A stretch of DNA of 64,000 nucleotides from Waterburya sp. (GTDB lineage Bacteria; Cyanobacteriota; Cyanobacteriia; Cyanobacteriales; Xenococcaceae): contig CBDCJV010000002.1 in the NCBI GenBank assembly GCA_965217895.1, positions 3,424,001 to 3,488,000 on the forward strand. The letters run 5' to 3'. This document shows, piece after piece, positions 1-10,977 of the stretch (within the stretch, counting starts at the first letter, position 1; each line of letters starts with the position of its first letter). The translations under genes were made by a program, and so were the position numbers. The notes beneath the pieces were generated by a model. That model was given only the letters and a program-made list of their open reading frames with translations. It did no database searches and had not been told where the DNA came from.

Positions 1-2
1 TT

Positions 3-1178
3 TTTGAAGAGATTTCACGTCCTGAAGGTACTCAAATTCTACGCTATGCAGCACGAGCTTTGGAGTTGGCTGGAGAAGTATCAGGGATCGATCTCAAGCA
101 AGAATTTGTGCGTCGTTTAGCTAAAGCTCCTAGTAATGTTATCACTTTTGGAAATGGCGAAAAAGTATATCAGGAGCTAGTTATCCCTTCTCAAGTTAGT
201 TTGCAGCAGGTAGCTGCTCACTACGCTATTAGCTCTTTATTCACTAACTATCGGCAACAAAAACAAAAACGCATTTACTGTTATGAAGTAGAGCAGTTAG
301 ATTATCAAAAGCAAGAGCTAGGGACGCTGACTCTTTCTGTAGGACAGGTGCGTTTAACTTCGGAGATTACCTGGAAAAGCCAGCATTTTGTCTTTGCAGT
401 GCTGCATCTTGGAGGATGGGATTTTCATTGCTGCATTAATAGTTTTGATGGTCGTTTAGCTTATGCAGAATTAAAACAACAGCTATTTACTAGTATTCAA
501 CAGGCAAGTGCTGCTCAAGTGATCTTAACCATGAATCGTTTAATGGGGAATCAATCATTTAATCTCAAACATTTATTTGCTGAAGAAAGACAACGTATCA
601 TTAGACTTTTGACCACTAAAACTAAAAAACACTTAGATCAGCTATACACTCAGGTATACCGCGAAAACTATAGTATGCTGGCAGCTTTCCACAGGGAAGA
701 ATTACCTGTCCCCCAAGAATTAAAAGTGGCTGCCGATGTTGCCCTATCCTATCGTTGTCTAGAAACAGTCAAGAATTTAGAAAAAGTGATTGAAGATCCT
801 CTTGCAGTGGATAGTTGTTTGGCAGAATTAACGGCAACAGCAACGGAAGCTTACTATCTTCAATGCCAGCTAAATATTGACGAAGCTAAGAAAATTCTCG
901 AACAAACAATCTTACGCTTGCTATGGAAACTACTTTACAATGGCGATCCCGCAACTTTAGAAGCAGATATATGCAGATTAGAAAAAGCGATCGCCGTTGG
1001 TGAACAATTGAACCTTGGTTTAGCTTTAGATCGCGCTCAAGAGGTTTATTTCAACTTTTTCCATCAACGTATATTGCCCGACTGTTTGCTCAACAACCAT
1101 AGCTGTCGTTGGGAAAGCGGACAATTAAAGCCTTTGCTAAAACTCGGACAAAAACTAGCGATTAACGTTAGTGGTTGA
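3..1178 (+). CDS. DUF3536 / GH57-associated protein, 5'-partial (C-terminal part)
   Basis: Frame is open from the window start (FEEISRPEGTQILRYAARALELAGEV...). The sequence resembles the C-terminus of cyanobacterial GH57/DUF3536 proteins. Confidence 0.75.
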   Translation, partial: FEEISRPEGTQILRYAARALELAGEVSGIDLKQEFVRRLAKAPSNVITFGNGEKVYQELVIPSQVSLQQVAAHYAISSLFTNYRQQKQKRIYCYEVEQLDYQKQELGTLTLSVGQVRLTSEITWKSQHFVFAVLHLGGWDFHCCINSFDGRLAYAELKQQLFTSIQQASAAQVILTMNRLMGNQSFNLKHLFAEERQRIIRLLTTKTKKHLDQLYTQVYRENYSMLAAFHREELPVPQELKVAADVALSYRCLETVKNLEKVIEDPLAVDSCLAELTATATEAYYLQCQLNIDEAKKILEQTILRLLWKLLYNGDPATLEADICRLEKAIAVGEQLNLGLALDRAQEVYFNFFHQRILPDCLLNNHSCRWESGQLKPLLKLGQKLAINVSG

Positions 1179-1342
1179 TTGAGTTAGTGGGTAGTGGGTA
1201 GCAAGTCGCAAGTAAACAATTTAAAAATGTCAACACCGCGATTAGATAAAGGCTTGCCCCTAAATGGAAGTACCCTTTAGGGTTAGGACAAACTACAAAC
1301 AACCAACTACCTACTACGAACTTATTATTGAAGATACTTTTT

Positions 1343-2968
1343 TCAATCGGATTTAGGATAACGACTTAGCCAAATCTGTTGTTGAGGTATTGGTAAGGGC
1401 ATATCTGCTGCTTCAAAGGCATTTTTAAGCCGACGGCGAAATTCGCGAGAGATATCCCACTGTTTGAGGGGTTCGGTCTTAAACCAGATACGAATAACAA
1501 AGCCTCGCTCGGCGAAATCTTCTACACCTAACACCTGTGGCGGTTCGAGAATGTTATCGCGACATTCACAGTCTTGGTACATTTTCGTTGCCACCTGTTC
1601 AATTAAGGCGATCGCTTCATCCACATCGGCCTGATATGCTATGTGAATCTTTAAGTCAGATCTAGACCAGCCATTAGAATGGTTGGCGACAATGTTGACA
1701 CAACTATTAGGAATAGTAATCAAACGCCCTTCTCCATCCCGAAGCTGAGTAATCCGTAAATTCAAATTTTCAACTAATCCTCCTACTTCGCCGATAGTTA
1801 CCACATCACCGACGGCATATTGATCTTCAAAAATAATTAACAAACCATTGATAGTGTCTTTAATCAGGTTTTGAGAAGCAAAAGAAAAAGCTAAACCCAA
1901 AACTCCCGCACCAGCTAACAAAGGAGTGATGTTCAAACCAATAATTGTCAGGGAGATAAATAAAGCAATACCCGCCCAAAAGCAGGTGATGATGCCTCTA
2001 AACAGACGAGAAAAAGTATTTACCCTAACCTGAAGTCGGCGATTTGTGTCAGGACTTAATACATAGTTGTCAGTAAAAGCTTTACCCGTGATAATTGTAT
2101 TAATTCTAGCGATCGCAGCGAAGCTGAGGCGGATCAAAACATAACAAATCCAGACAACAACTATTAACCGCAGCGGAATCCTGAGGATGGTAACGATCCA
2201 CAGTTGAGTCAAGCGAGTGTCAGGAAATAAGCCCAAAATCAGCAAAATTCCACTAATCCAGATAGTTATCTGAGTCAGTTGTAATAGGCGGTACTGTACT
2301 TCTTTGAGGTTAAATGTTTTTCTTTGCTCTAATTGAGATGGTAAAGACTCAGCGTCTTGGCTTAAGGTAACTTTGTCTTTGGTTAGGCGTTTGCTCCAGC
2401 GCAATATAACAAAGTTGATCAGCACCATCAGCAGCAAGACAACTGCTGATAATTTGGCTTGCTTGAGCAAAAATACAGGCTGTCTTTCTGACTTGGCTTT
2501 TTCCAATCCTGTTTCGATGCGAGCGGCTATTTGCTGTGCCTGAGATTCTAAATTGACATCGCTAACAGCTATATCGCTACTATCAAGGGTCAAAACAGGA
2601 ATCTTTTTGTCGCCTACTGCCACATCAAGACTTTGCTTATTTTGATTTCCTTGAGTAAAAACGTTTAATGGGGCGTGGTTAGATTTGAGATAGACACTTT
2701 TGATATCAGCTAACTTTTCTTCTGTATATTTAATTCGTTGACTCAAATTTGCTTTTTGGTCTGATAATTTAAATACACAACGACCATCCAAATATACGCA
2801 AGCTGAAAGAGTAGTATCAGTTGAATCACTATCTAGCTTGAGAGTTTCTAAATTCAGTTTGGGCAACAGTGGTAACTGCGCCCAAATTGGACTAGCAAAA
2901 AGATTAATAAAAATAATCGTGCTGATTAATACCCATAAGAAAAAATTTTTTTTAGTCATGCTACCCAT
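1343..2968 (-). CDS. Mechanosensitive ion channel, MscS family
   Basis: 541 aa with several TM segments and the MscS core GLAFSFASQNLIKD...DQYAVGDVV...GLVENLNLRITQLRD...IPNS. Confidence 0.93.
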   Translation of the reverse strand: MGSMTKKNFFLWVLISTIIFINLFASPIWAQLPLLPKLNLETLKLDSDSTDTTLSACVYLDGRCVFKLSDQKANLSQRIKYTEEKLADIKSVYLKSNHAPLNVFTQGNQNKQSLDVAVGDKKIPVLTLDSSDIAVSDVNLESQAQQIAARIETGLEKAKSERQPVFLLKQAKLSAVVLLLMVLINFVILRWSKRLTKDKVTLSQDAESLPSQLEQRKTFNLKEVQYRLLQLTQITIWISGILLILGLFPDTRLTQLWIVTILRIPLRLIVVVWICYVLIRLSFAAIARINTIITGKAFTDNYVLSPDTNRRLQVRVNTFSRLFRGIITCFWAGIALFISLTIIGLNITPLLAGAGVLGLAFSFASQNLIKDTINGLLIIFEDQYAVGDVVTIGEVGGLVENLNLRITQLRDGEGRLITIPNSCVNIVANHSNGWSRSDLKIHIAYQADVDEAIALIEQVATKMYQDCECRDNILEPPQVLGVEDFAERGFVIRIWFKTEPLKQWDISREFRRRLKNAFEAADMPLPIPQQQIWLSRYPKSD

Positions 2969-3220
2969 AAACTAATCTGCCATCAACTAGCGATCGCCGT
3001 TAATAATGTTAATAACTTGTCTTATCTACTTGTGATTTGACCAACGGTGATAAATTACTCGGCCTGTTTAGGATAAAGTAACTATCACTCACGTTCGATT
3101 TTTAATCATTTATAACTCAACAAATATTAGGACTTACATCCATTAATTTGTTAATCTTTCATAAAGTTGTCTTAAACTTAATTTTTCACCTTAACTCAGC
3201 GTTTGTAGCAGCAACGCCTT

Positions 3221-4102
3221 ATGCCCTTGTCTCGTATAGTAAGTTCAATAGTGGCGATCGCCCTAGCTTTGGGAATGATTATTCTCGGAGGATGGTATTT
3301 TACCCTTGGTATAGGTATTTTAATTGTCCTGGCACAATTAGAATACTTTCGATTAGTTCGTGCTAAAGGTGTAGAGCCTGCTGCAAAAACTACTTTAATC
3401 GTATCTCAACTTCTGCTGATCAGCTCTACCGTTGCGCCGAGCATAACTGACGCGATGTTTTGCTTGGGAGGAACAATTATTTGTTTCTATCTGTTGTTTC
3501 AACCCAAAATGGCAACTATTGCCGACATTTCAAGCTCTATTTTAGGCTTGTTTTACACGGGTTATCTGCCTACTTTTTGGGTACGACTGCGAGTTAGCTT
3601 ACCCAATACAAACAACGGCAGTAATCTACCTTTAGACGGCTATTGGCCCGACTCTTGGCTCGATCCTAGCCAGTTTCCTACCGCTTTAACCCTGACGTTT
3701 TTAGTGATGGCCTGTATTTGGGCAGCAGATATTGGCGCCTATACTATGGGTAAAAGTTTTGGTCGTACCAGACTTTCAGATATTAGCCCGAAAAAAACCG
3801 TCGAAGGTGCTGTATTTGGGGTAATTGGTAGCTTAATAGTGGCAGAATTGGGAGCTTGGTATTTTGATTTTCCTGCATGGCAGCTCAGTGGAGTTATGCT
3901 GGGTACGCTGATTGGCGTTACTAGCTTGTTGGGGGATTTAACCGAGTCAATGATGAAGCGAGATGCTGGAGTAAAAGATTCAGGACAGTTAATTCCTGGA
4001 CATGGAGGTATTTTAGATAGAACGGATAGTTATGTTTTTACTGCTCCTTTAGTATATTATTTTTTTACTTTATTATTACCTTTGCTCTCAGCTAATGTAT
4101 AA
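3221..4102 (+). CDS. cdsA: Phosphatidate cytidylyltransferase
   Basis: ISPKKTVEG, DLTESMMKRDAGVKDSGQLIPGHGGILDRTDS signature. Confidence 0.97.
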   Translation: MPLSRIVSSIVAIALALGMIILGGWYFTLGIGILIVLAQLEYFRLVRAKGVEPAAKTTLIVSQLLLISSTVAPSITDAMFCLGGTIICFYLLFQPKMATIADISSSILGLFYTGYLPTFWVRLRVSLPNTNNGSNLPLDGYWPDSWLDPSQFPTALTLTFLVMACIWAADIGAYTMGKSFGRTRLSDISPKKTVEGAVFGVIGSLIVAELGAWYFDFPAWQLSGVMLGTLIGVTSLLGDLTESMMKRDAGVKDSGQLIPGHGGILDRTDSYVFTAPLVYYFFTLLLPLLSANV

Positions 4103-4109
4103 ACATTAC

Positions 4110-4144
4110 AAAAAAAAAGGCGGGCTTTTAATGCTCGCCTTTTT
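4110..4144. terminator. Bidirectional intrinsic terminator
   Basis: A-run + AGGCGGGC-loop-GCTCGCCT + T-run between convergent genes. Confidence 0.8.
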
Positions 4145-4165
4145 AATAATTTGATGTAATTTTAT

Positions 4166-5131
4166 TTAACCTGGTTCTTCCTCATATTCAGGAGCTTTTT
4201 CTTTTTTGGGAATATTTACGGGAGGAGGATTATAGGGTTCGGGTTTGATATCATCATCCCAAACATCCTCATTAGTAACTTCTTCATATTCGTATTCCTT
4301 AACTGGTGGCGCATCATACACTGGTGCATCATAAACTTCAGGTTCTGCATCTTGCCAATTGTTTTCTTCATATTCCTCTTCATAGGGAATCGCTTGTGCC
4401 TGTTGTCTAATTGGCTGTTGAGCAACGCGATTTTCTTGCCATTCGTCTTCATCCCATCTTTCTTCCATTACAGGTTCTCTAGAATCTACAGGGGTAGAAA
4501 TCGGTGTACGAATCGGAGTTCCTGTGCCTAGCTGGTTTTCCGCATTGATAGTTTGAGGATAATAGTCTTCGCGATCTTTTTCCCAAGGAGGACGACCAAT
4601 ACCCAAACGCTCCAAAAGACCGACTGAAATTTGTTCGATCCGTTCTTCTGAGCCTTCAAAAACAATCAAGCGATTAGGTCCACTGCTAACCACCTCTTCA
4701 ATGGATAGTTCGTAAGTACTAATGAACTGTTCGGGGATCTGCGGTATTCCCAGTGAAGCAATCACAATCGAGTTTACTGCTCCATTTTCGGCATCAAACT
4801 GAAAATCCCTAACTTTGCCTAGAGGTTCGCCAGCTTCAGTAATCACTTCGCAACTAATTAATTTACTGTAAGCCTCAATATCTATATCTTCTATTACACT
4901 TTCATCATCGACTAAAATCACGTCTCCAGTCTGACGAATACTATCAAGGTACATATACTTTGGTATTCCAGAAACCGAAAGCAAATTATCTCGCAGTCCT
5001 AAAGCCACTATTTCTCTGCGATCTATATCGACCAAAACCTCTTTTACCACCCCTAATCGTTTACCGCTGTTACGAGCGATAACCTGAGTGTTGATAAATT
5101 CAGAGCGCAGATGTATGTTTTCAGTTGTCAT
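4166..5131 (-). CDS. PRC-barrel domain protein with acidic tail
   Basis: Two PRC-barrel-like repeats (GKRLGVVKEVLVD; GEPLGKVRDFQFD) and a D/E/P-rich C-terminus. Confidence 0.88.
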   Translation of the reverse strand: MTTENIHLRSEFINTQVIARNSGKRLGVVKEVLVDIDRREIVALGLRDNLLSVSGIPKYMYLDSIRQTGDVILVDDESVIEDIDIEAYSKLISCEVITEAGEPLGKVRDFQFDAENGAVNSIVIASLGIPQIPEQFISTYELSIEEVVSSGPNRLIVFEGSEERIEQISVGLLERLGIGRPPWEKDREDYYPQTINAENQLGTGTPIRTPISTPVDSREPVMEERWDEDEWQENRVAQQPIRQQAQAIPYEEEYEENNWQDAEPEVYDAPVYDAPPVKEYEYEEVTNEDVWDDDIKPEPYNPPPVNIPKKEKAPEYEEEPG

Positions 5132-5554
5132 TTTATTGTTTGGTTAATGTAAGCTGTTGCTTGCACTTGCTATCTATATAGTAATTTTTTTAAATCGAGA
5201 CAGTGTAAGTGTTTATTTTAAAATAACGTCACAAAAGTCACTAGACTAAAATATTCTATAGGTATCTAAAGACTATTTTAGCTAATCCTGATGCGTTTGC
5301 CTTATTGGAGCATGAATAATACCTTTTGGCAAGAAAGTTTAGACATGATTGGCGATAAGACATATTAAGAATACATTCAAAATTAAGAATTAAACTTTAG
5401 ATTCAAATTGTCGTGTATATTGCCCTCAAACTGAGCTAAAACGGTATGTATAAAAAAACCAAAGCAGTTTTTATCTATTTAAGGTGTTAATCTCCAGATA
5501 TGAAATGGGTATTTTAAGATTGTGCCGTCTGATTTAAAGTAGCCCTGAGAGTGC

Positions 5555-6847
5555 ATGAATCATCAACATTCTGTAGACAACAGAAAAGATCGACAAACAT
5601 TTTTTACCGATACATTAGCTAATGTATTAGACCAAATATCTCGTCTACAAGAAAACAGTTGTTTACAAGTTGTCTATAATTCCATCACTTTTTTTATCCA
5701 TTTTAATCGTGAGGGTAGATTAGTTTATGCTACCAATTCTCTAGCTCCTTTTGAAAGATTAGAACGCCATTTGCGCCGTTTAAGCAATCAAAACCCCAAG
5801 CTTGACAATTTAGTTATCAAGCAGCCTCGCATTCAGTTTAACAACGATCTCCAATCGTATACTCAATCACCTTCAGATTATCAGGCTATTTTCTGGCTGG
5901 CTGAACAAGGTCATTTAAACTCTCAAGAAGCCACTGCTATAGTTAGAAGGATAACAAGAGAAGTATTTGAATCTTTTTTGTGTTTACAAGATGTTTCGTG
6001 TCAGTATAAGTTTGCACCAAAGTCAGAGCAAATTGAGGAGTTGTGCCAATTTGACTTAAATGTTTATCTGGCTCAATGTCGCCAAAGACTAAAAGCTTGG
6101 AATGTCTTTGCTGATAAAATTTGGTCTACTTACCAGCGTCCATATTTGGTTACAGAAAAAACTAAAGCCATTGGCGACTTAACAACCCAACAAAATCAAG
6201 CTATCTGCAAGTTATTAAAAGGATTAAATTTTCGCCAAATCAGTGCAGTGCTAGATTTGGATGAATTGGCGATCGCTAAATTATTATATCCCTCGATCCT
6301 AGATCGGGATATTGTTGTCCGAGATCCCAAGCCTCCGTTTGACAAACTACCTAAACTGCCTCAGTCAAAAAGCGACAAAGCATCATCCAATTCTAGTTGG
6401 TCAGATGATGATAACCATAGTGGGTTTAATACCAATATTAATACCAATATTTATAGCCAAGGTACGCTTCTTTCTGTTGAAAAAATTGGGAAGGTTGCCT
6501 ACGTAGACGATGATTCTGCTTTACATCAGAATTTTTTACAGTATTTAGATCATAGTGTGTTTTCTACTTTGACTATTAAAGATGCAATGAATGCTTTTAC
6601 TGAGTTAATTGAATTTGCTCCAGATTTGATTTTATTGGATGCAGATATGCCTCATCTCAATGGCTATGAATTGTGTACTTTGCTAAGAAACCATAACAAT
6701 TTCAAAACAGTTCCTATAGTTATACTGGAGGAATCACAAAAATTTGCCAATTCAACAAAGTTTAGACTGGTAGGGGCAACAGATATTTTAATTAAGCCAT
6801 TTGATCGTATTCAGTTACTTAGTGTAATTCGGCAGTATCTTCAATAA
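5555..6847 (+). CDS. PatA-family response regulator (PATAN/DUF4388 + REC)
   Basis: C-terminal receiver (YVDDD, LILLDADMP, LIKPF). N-terminal G(R)LVYAT...ERLERHL and QRPY are typical of PatA-like proteins. Confidence 0.85.
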   Translation: MNHQHSVDNRKDRQTFFTDTLANVLDQISRLQENSCLQVVYNSITFFIHFNREGRLVYATNSLAPFERLERHLRRLSNQNPKLDNLVIKQPRIQFNNDLQSYTQSPSDYQAIFWLAEQGHLNSQEATAIVRRITREVFESFLCLQDVSCQYKFAPKSEQIEELCQFDLNVYLAQCRQRLKAWNVFADKIWSTYQRPYLVTEKTKAIGDLTTQQNQAICKLLKGLNFRQISAVLDLDELAIAKLLYPSILDRDIVVRDPKPPFDKLPKLPQSKSDKASSNSSWSDDDNHSGFNTNINTNIYSQGTLLSVEKIGKVAYVDDDSALHQNFLQYLDHSVFSTLTIKDAMNAFTELIEFAPDLILLDADMPHLNGYELCTLLRNHNNFKTVPIVILEESQKFANSTKFRLVGATDILIKPFDRIQLLSVIRQYLQ

Positions 6848-6920
6848 AATAATTTCTTGATTAAGAGTTGCGATCGCAAAGCTAGCCGTAGGCATTGCCT
6901 TATTAAAAACAACATCATTA

Positions 6921-7038
6921 TAAGTAGATAGGACAAATTAATTAGAAGATAGTCTCGTTACTTGAGTAATGAGTAACAAAAATAGATCGTAATATCTTGC
7001 TTACGCTTGTTTTACATTTAATTTCACCCACTCACTTA
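6921..7038. repeat. Small inverted-repeat (MITE-like) element
   Basis: Left end TAAGTAGATAGGACAAATTAA is an imperfect inverse of the right end (revcomp TAAGTGAGTGGGTGAAATTAA). Confidence 0.45.
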
Positions 7039-7052
7039 AATGTTAATTAAAA

Positions 7053-8858
7053 CTACATTCTTTCCAAGACATTGATACCCAACAATGACAAGCCTAATTT
7101 AATCGTACGTGCTGTTAAGTTAGCCAAGATTAGACGAGATGTGCGTTGTGGTTCATCTGCATTTAAAATGTCACATTGTTCATAAAATTGATTGAATTTT
7201 TGACTTAATTCAAACAAATACAGACAAATGCGATTAGGCAATAGATTTTGTTCTACCTCTTTAAGTATTTCCTCAAGCTGTAAAATATGTTTTGCCAAAG
7301 CTAATTCTGTATCTTCAGCCAAGGCAATTTCTGTATTCTTATCTAATTGAGAAAAATCAACATTTCCCTTACGACTGACTCCCTGCACCCGCACGTAAGC
7401 ATAGAGTAAATAAGGTGCAGTATTGCCTTTGAGGTCAAGCATCTTATCGTAGTCAAACTTATAGTCAGAGGTGCGATTTTGGCTCAGATCGGCATATTTA
7501 ACGGCACTTAGTCCAACTACTTGAGAAACATGATTAACAAATTCTGTAGTTTCTTCTCTTTCTTCTTCTTTGAGTCTTATTACTAAATCTTGGCGTGAAC
7601 GTTTTATAGCTTCGTCCAACAAATCTTTAAGTTTAATTACTTCACTAGAACGAGTCTTGAATCTTTTGCCATCTTCACCCAAAACCAAACCAAAAGGCAC
7701 ATGAACTACTTTTACAGACTCAGGCAATATTCCCGCTTTTCTTGCTACTTGAAACACCCCTGCAAAGTGATTAGCCTGTCCTGAGTCTGTGACGTAAATA
7801 ACTCGTTTTGCTTTATCTTCTTGGACTCGATACTTGATAGCTGCTAAATCGGTAGTGGCATAATTGAATCCGCCATCAGTTTTCTGCACAATTAAAGGTA
7901 AAGGATCGCCATCTTTGTTAGTAAAACCATCCAGAAAGACACACATTGCACCTTCGCTTTTGGTGAGCAAACCTTCTCGATCTAATTTACTGACAATATC
8001 CGTTAAAAAAGGATTATAAAAAGATTCCCCTCTTTCTTCTATTTTGATATCAAGCCAATCATAAATGACCTGAAACTCTCGACGAGATTGATCGCATAAT
8101 AGCTTCCAAGCACGACGACTATCCTCTGCACCCTCTTGTAACTTAACCACCTCTTGTCTAGCGGTTTGTTTAAATGCTTCGTCTTCATCAAAGCGAACCT
8201 TGGCTTTCTTATACAGCGAAACCAAATCACCAATATCTAAAGCATTGGCGGTTGTTAATGCCTCGGGATAGGCTTCTCTAAGATAAGCAATTAACATTCC
8301 AAACTGAGTACCCCAATCACCTACATGATTAAGACGCAAGACATCGTAACCCCGAAATTCTAGAATACGAGCGATCGCATCACCAATAATTGTCGAACGT
8401 AAATGCCCGACGTGCATTTCTTTGGCAATGTTGGGACTAGAAAAATCGACAATAACTTTCTCTGCTGGCTCTACTTTAGAAATACCCAATCTTGTGTCGG
8501 CTTGGATTTTTTGCAGCAAGTTCCCAATGTAATTAGATTTTAGCGTAAAGTTGATAAATCCTGGTCCAGCGATTGTCGGAGTTTCGCACATATCCTCAAA
8601 CGAGACTTGCGCTTGCCGAGGCAACCTCGGCGCGCTTCCTCGTTCTAATTGAAGCCGCTCGACAATCAATTGAGCGATCGCTCTAGGATTTTGCTTGAGA
8701 GGTTTGGCTAAAGACAAAGCCACGTTGGACTGATAATCACCAAACTTAGGATTATTTGTCGGCGCAATCAAAGGATCTGTATCTGCCAATTCTGCACCAA
8801 AAGCAGCAACTAGAGCTTGGCTAACAGAATCTTGAAGCTGTTTTAAGATAGAAGTCAT
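7053..8858 (-). CDS. argS: Arginine--tRNA ligase
   Basis: [34 protein letters not shown] (HIGH), FKTRS, C-terminal LERM. Confidence 0.98.
   Translation of the reverse strand: MTSILKQLQDSVSQALVAAFGAELADTDPLIAPTNNPKFGDYQSNVALSLAKPLKQNPRAIAQLIVERLQLERGSAPRLPRQAQVSFEDMCETPTIAGPGFINFTLKSNYIGNLLQKIQADTRLGISKVEPAEKVIVDFSSPNIAKEMHVGHLRSTIIGDAIARILEFRGYDVLRLNHVGDWGTQFGMLIAYLREAYPEALTTANALDIGDLVSLYKKAKVRFDEDEAFKQTARQEVVKLQEGAEDSRRAWKLLCDQSRREFQVIYDWLDIKIEERGESFYNPFLTDIVSKLDREGLLTKSEGAMCVFLDGFTNKDGDPLPLIVQKTDGGFNYATTDLAAIKYRVQEDKAKRVIYVTDSGQANHFAGVFQVARKAGILPESVKVVHVPFGLVLGEDGKRFKTRSSEVIKLKDLLDEAIKRSRQDLVIRLKEEEREETTEFVNHVSQVVGLSAVKYADLSQNRTSDYKFDYDKMLDLKGNTAPYLLYAYVRVQGVSRKGNVDFSQLDKNTEIALAEDTELALAKHILQLEEILKEVEQNLLPNRICLYLFELSQKFNQFYEQCDILNADEPQRTSRLILANLTARTIKLGLSLLGINVLERM
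8598..8645. repeat. 48-nt hairpin insertion, in frame within argS
   Basis: GAACGAG-GAA-GCGC-GCCGAGG-TTG-CCTCGGC-AA-GCGC-AAGT-CTCGTTT on the coding strand; translates as [16 protein letters not shown]. Confidence 0.75.
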
Positions 8859-9035
8859 GAGAGATATTTATTTACTTGAGCCAGAAGTCAGTATTAGCCG
8901 AAAGCAGCTATTTCTTAGAATAATAAATCTATCACTTATTTGGCTATTTCTCTTTATAAGTAGTTGTTTACTATAAAATTGCTTAGATAAGCAACTCAAT
9001 CAATAGAGCGTAATAGCCAAAATTATCGAATATAC

Positions 9036-9713
9036 TTATTTCAGATATTCATCATTAAGTATATAGTTTTCCACATTCTCTAATATTTCTCGTAAATAAC
9101 AATTGACTCTTTTTTGAATCACTAATAATTCATCGGCAGTAGCATCTTTACCTACTTCTTCAAAAGATTTGAAACCATGAGCCAAATAATTTCTGTTAGT
9201 TTTGACTCTCAACAAATCTCTACCATCTTGAGTCTTTTTAGCATTTGTCTTGACCTAAAAACCATATAATATAGCTGTATCTTTGATTTTTTTAGCATCA
9301 ATATTACCAGAAAACATTTTTTCTTTGTTAAAGCTAGCAGAAATAATATCTTGGGAAATCGTATTTATCTCAGATATGAGCTTTTCTGCTGAATTGTTAT
9401 TTTTAAAATTTTTGACTATTACCATTTTTAATTCATCTCTCACGTCATCAAAAGAAATATTCTTATTTTGAATTTCATCAAAAATTGATTCGATCGCATT
9501 ACGCACAGTTGATTCGACCAAATTATATAAAAGTAAAAATCCTGTTGCCTTAAGCGTTTTTTCTAAATCGGAGTCTATATTTTTGATCTTAGGATTTCGA
9601 TCATTACCCATCTTTAACTGAATCGAACTTTGCTCTAAATTTTTCAGGAATAGAAAATATTTACTTACTTCTTTAGAGCGTCGATCAAAATCTTCAAATA
9701 GCGCACTTCTCAT
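9036..9713 (-). pseudogene. MAE_28990/MAE_18760-like HEPN ribonuclease interrupted by an in-frame TAG at 9255-9257
   Basis: LLLYNLVESTV and SGNIDAKKI motifs. After the TAG the frame stays open (VKTNAKK...RNYLAHGFKSFEEVG...EYLK*) to TAA at 9036. Confidence 0.85.
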
Positions 9714-10813
9714 TAATTACTTAATAACCGATCTCGAACGTACTCTATGCGACGAGCAACTTTGCTTTTAGAACTACTAGCATCCGACTTAGTAAGATTA
9801 TCAAATTCATTAGAGCCAACAAAAGATACTGATTTTGGTTTTAAATTCTTATTTTCTCTTAGTGCTAAAGCTGTTCCTACAGTAATTGATTCAAATTTTA
9901 TTCTTGTCGTTGGCTCGTATCTATCTTTCATCTTCCGATAGATATGTAAACTATGTGGTATATGAGTTTCAATAAAACCAAAAATTTGCTTAAACTCGTT
10001 TTTCATAGCCTTAGTATCTAATGCTTGAGAGTTATTTTCTTGCTCTAAATAGAGATCTAAAAACTCATGTACTTTTTTTCCTGAATAGTTATGATAATTA
10101 TTTAAAAATGCAAAAAAACGCAAAACAAATTCTTGCGGATCTCGTTTATTTATTTCAGTTGGAGTAAAAGAACATAATTCCCTAAATTGTTCATCTTTGG
10201 ATAAATCTTCAATTAAATCAAGAAACCTACCTGGTCTAATTCCTCTCCTCTTTTCCATTTCATTTAATTCAACGCTGCCAGTATTGAGCCTCTCAAAAAT
10301 ATCTCTTCTTATTTTCTCATTTGCTTTATCTGTTAATTGAATCATTCTGATCGTGCTTCTGTTAAATCTTCGTCGGCGAGATAATGGCAGATCTTCAAAC
10401 CTAAAACCATTGAGACTTCCCAATTCCTTTAGATCAGATAATTTTAGCTCATTGTTTATAAACCTTGATAGGGTACGAATACGTTGAGTACCATCTATTA
10501 TTTCTAAACGTGCTAAGTCTTCAGATTCTGTTGTATCATCAGCAAAATCGGCAACGAATATGTAAGGTATTGGTAGACCTAATAATATTGACTCAATAAA
10601 TTTTGATTGTCTATCTTCATCCCATGCCATTTCTCGTTGATAGTCAGGAATAAATAATTCATTTTCATCTTTATCTATTCCATCTAAATATTTTTTTGCA
10701 ATTATTTCTATTGGATATTCTAATGTATTGTAATCAACTGGTTTTCTCTTATCACGTATTTCCGCTTCGGCATTTTCCTTCTTCTCATTTGAAATTTCAA
10801 CTTGAGTAACCAT
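9713..10813 (-). CDS. DUF262 (ParB/GmrS-like) domain protein
   Basis: PDYQREMAW, FIESILLGLPIP, IDGTQR and FERLNTG motifs. Its stop overlaps the HEPN start (TAATG). Confidence 0.9.
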   Translation of the reverse strand: MVTQVEISNEKKENAEAEIRDKRKPVDYNTLEYPIEIIAKKYLDGIDKDENELFIPDYQREMAWDEDRQSKFIESILLGLPIPYIFVADFADDTTESEDLARLEIIDGTQRIRTLSRFINNELKLSDLKELGSLNGFRFEDLPLSRRRRFNRSTIRMIQLTDKANEKIRRDIFERLNTGSVELNEMEKRRGIRPGRFLDLIEDLSKDEQFRELCSFTPTEINKRDPQEFVLRFFAFLNNYHNYSGKKVHEFLDLYLEQENNSQALDTKAMKNEFKQIFGFIETHIPHSLHIYRKMKDRYEPTTRIKFESITVGTALALRENKNLKPKSVSFVGSNEFDNLTKSDASSSKSKVARRIEYVRDRLLSN

Positions 10814-10977
10814 ATTTAAGATTAAAAAATGATTTTTGCTGCTTTACTGGTGCTTGATATTTATTATCATGCAACACTGTCTTTACTTTGAATGCCTTTG
10901 CTCTTCTGTAGTCAGCAGTAATAAAGAATTTATAGTTTGGCAATTAGCTATTTTATTAACTCATGTAAACTTATTAT

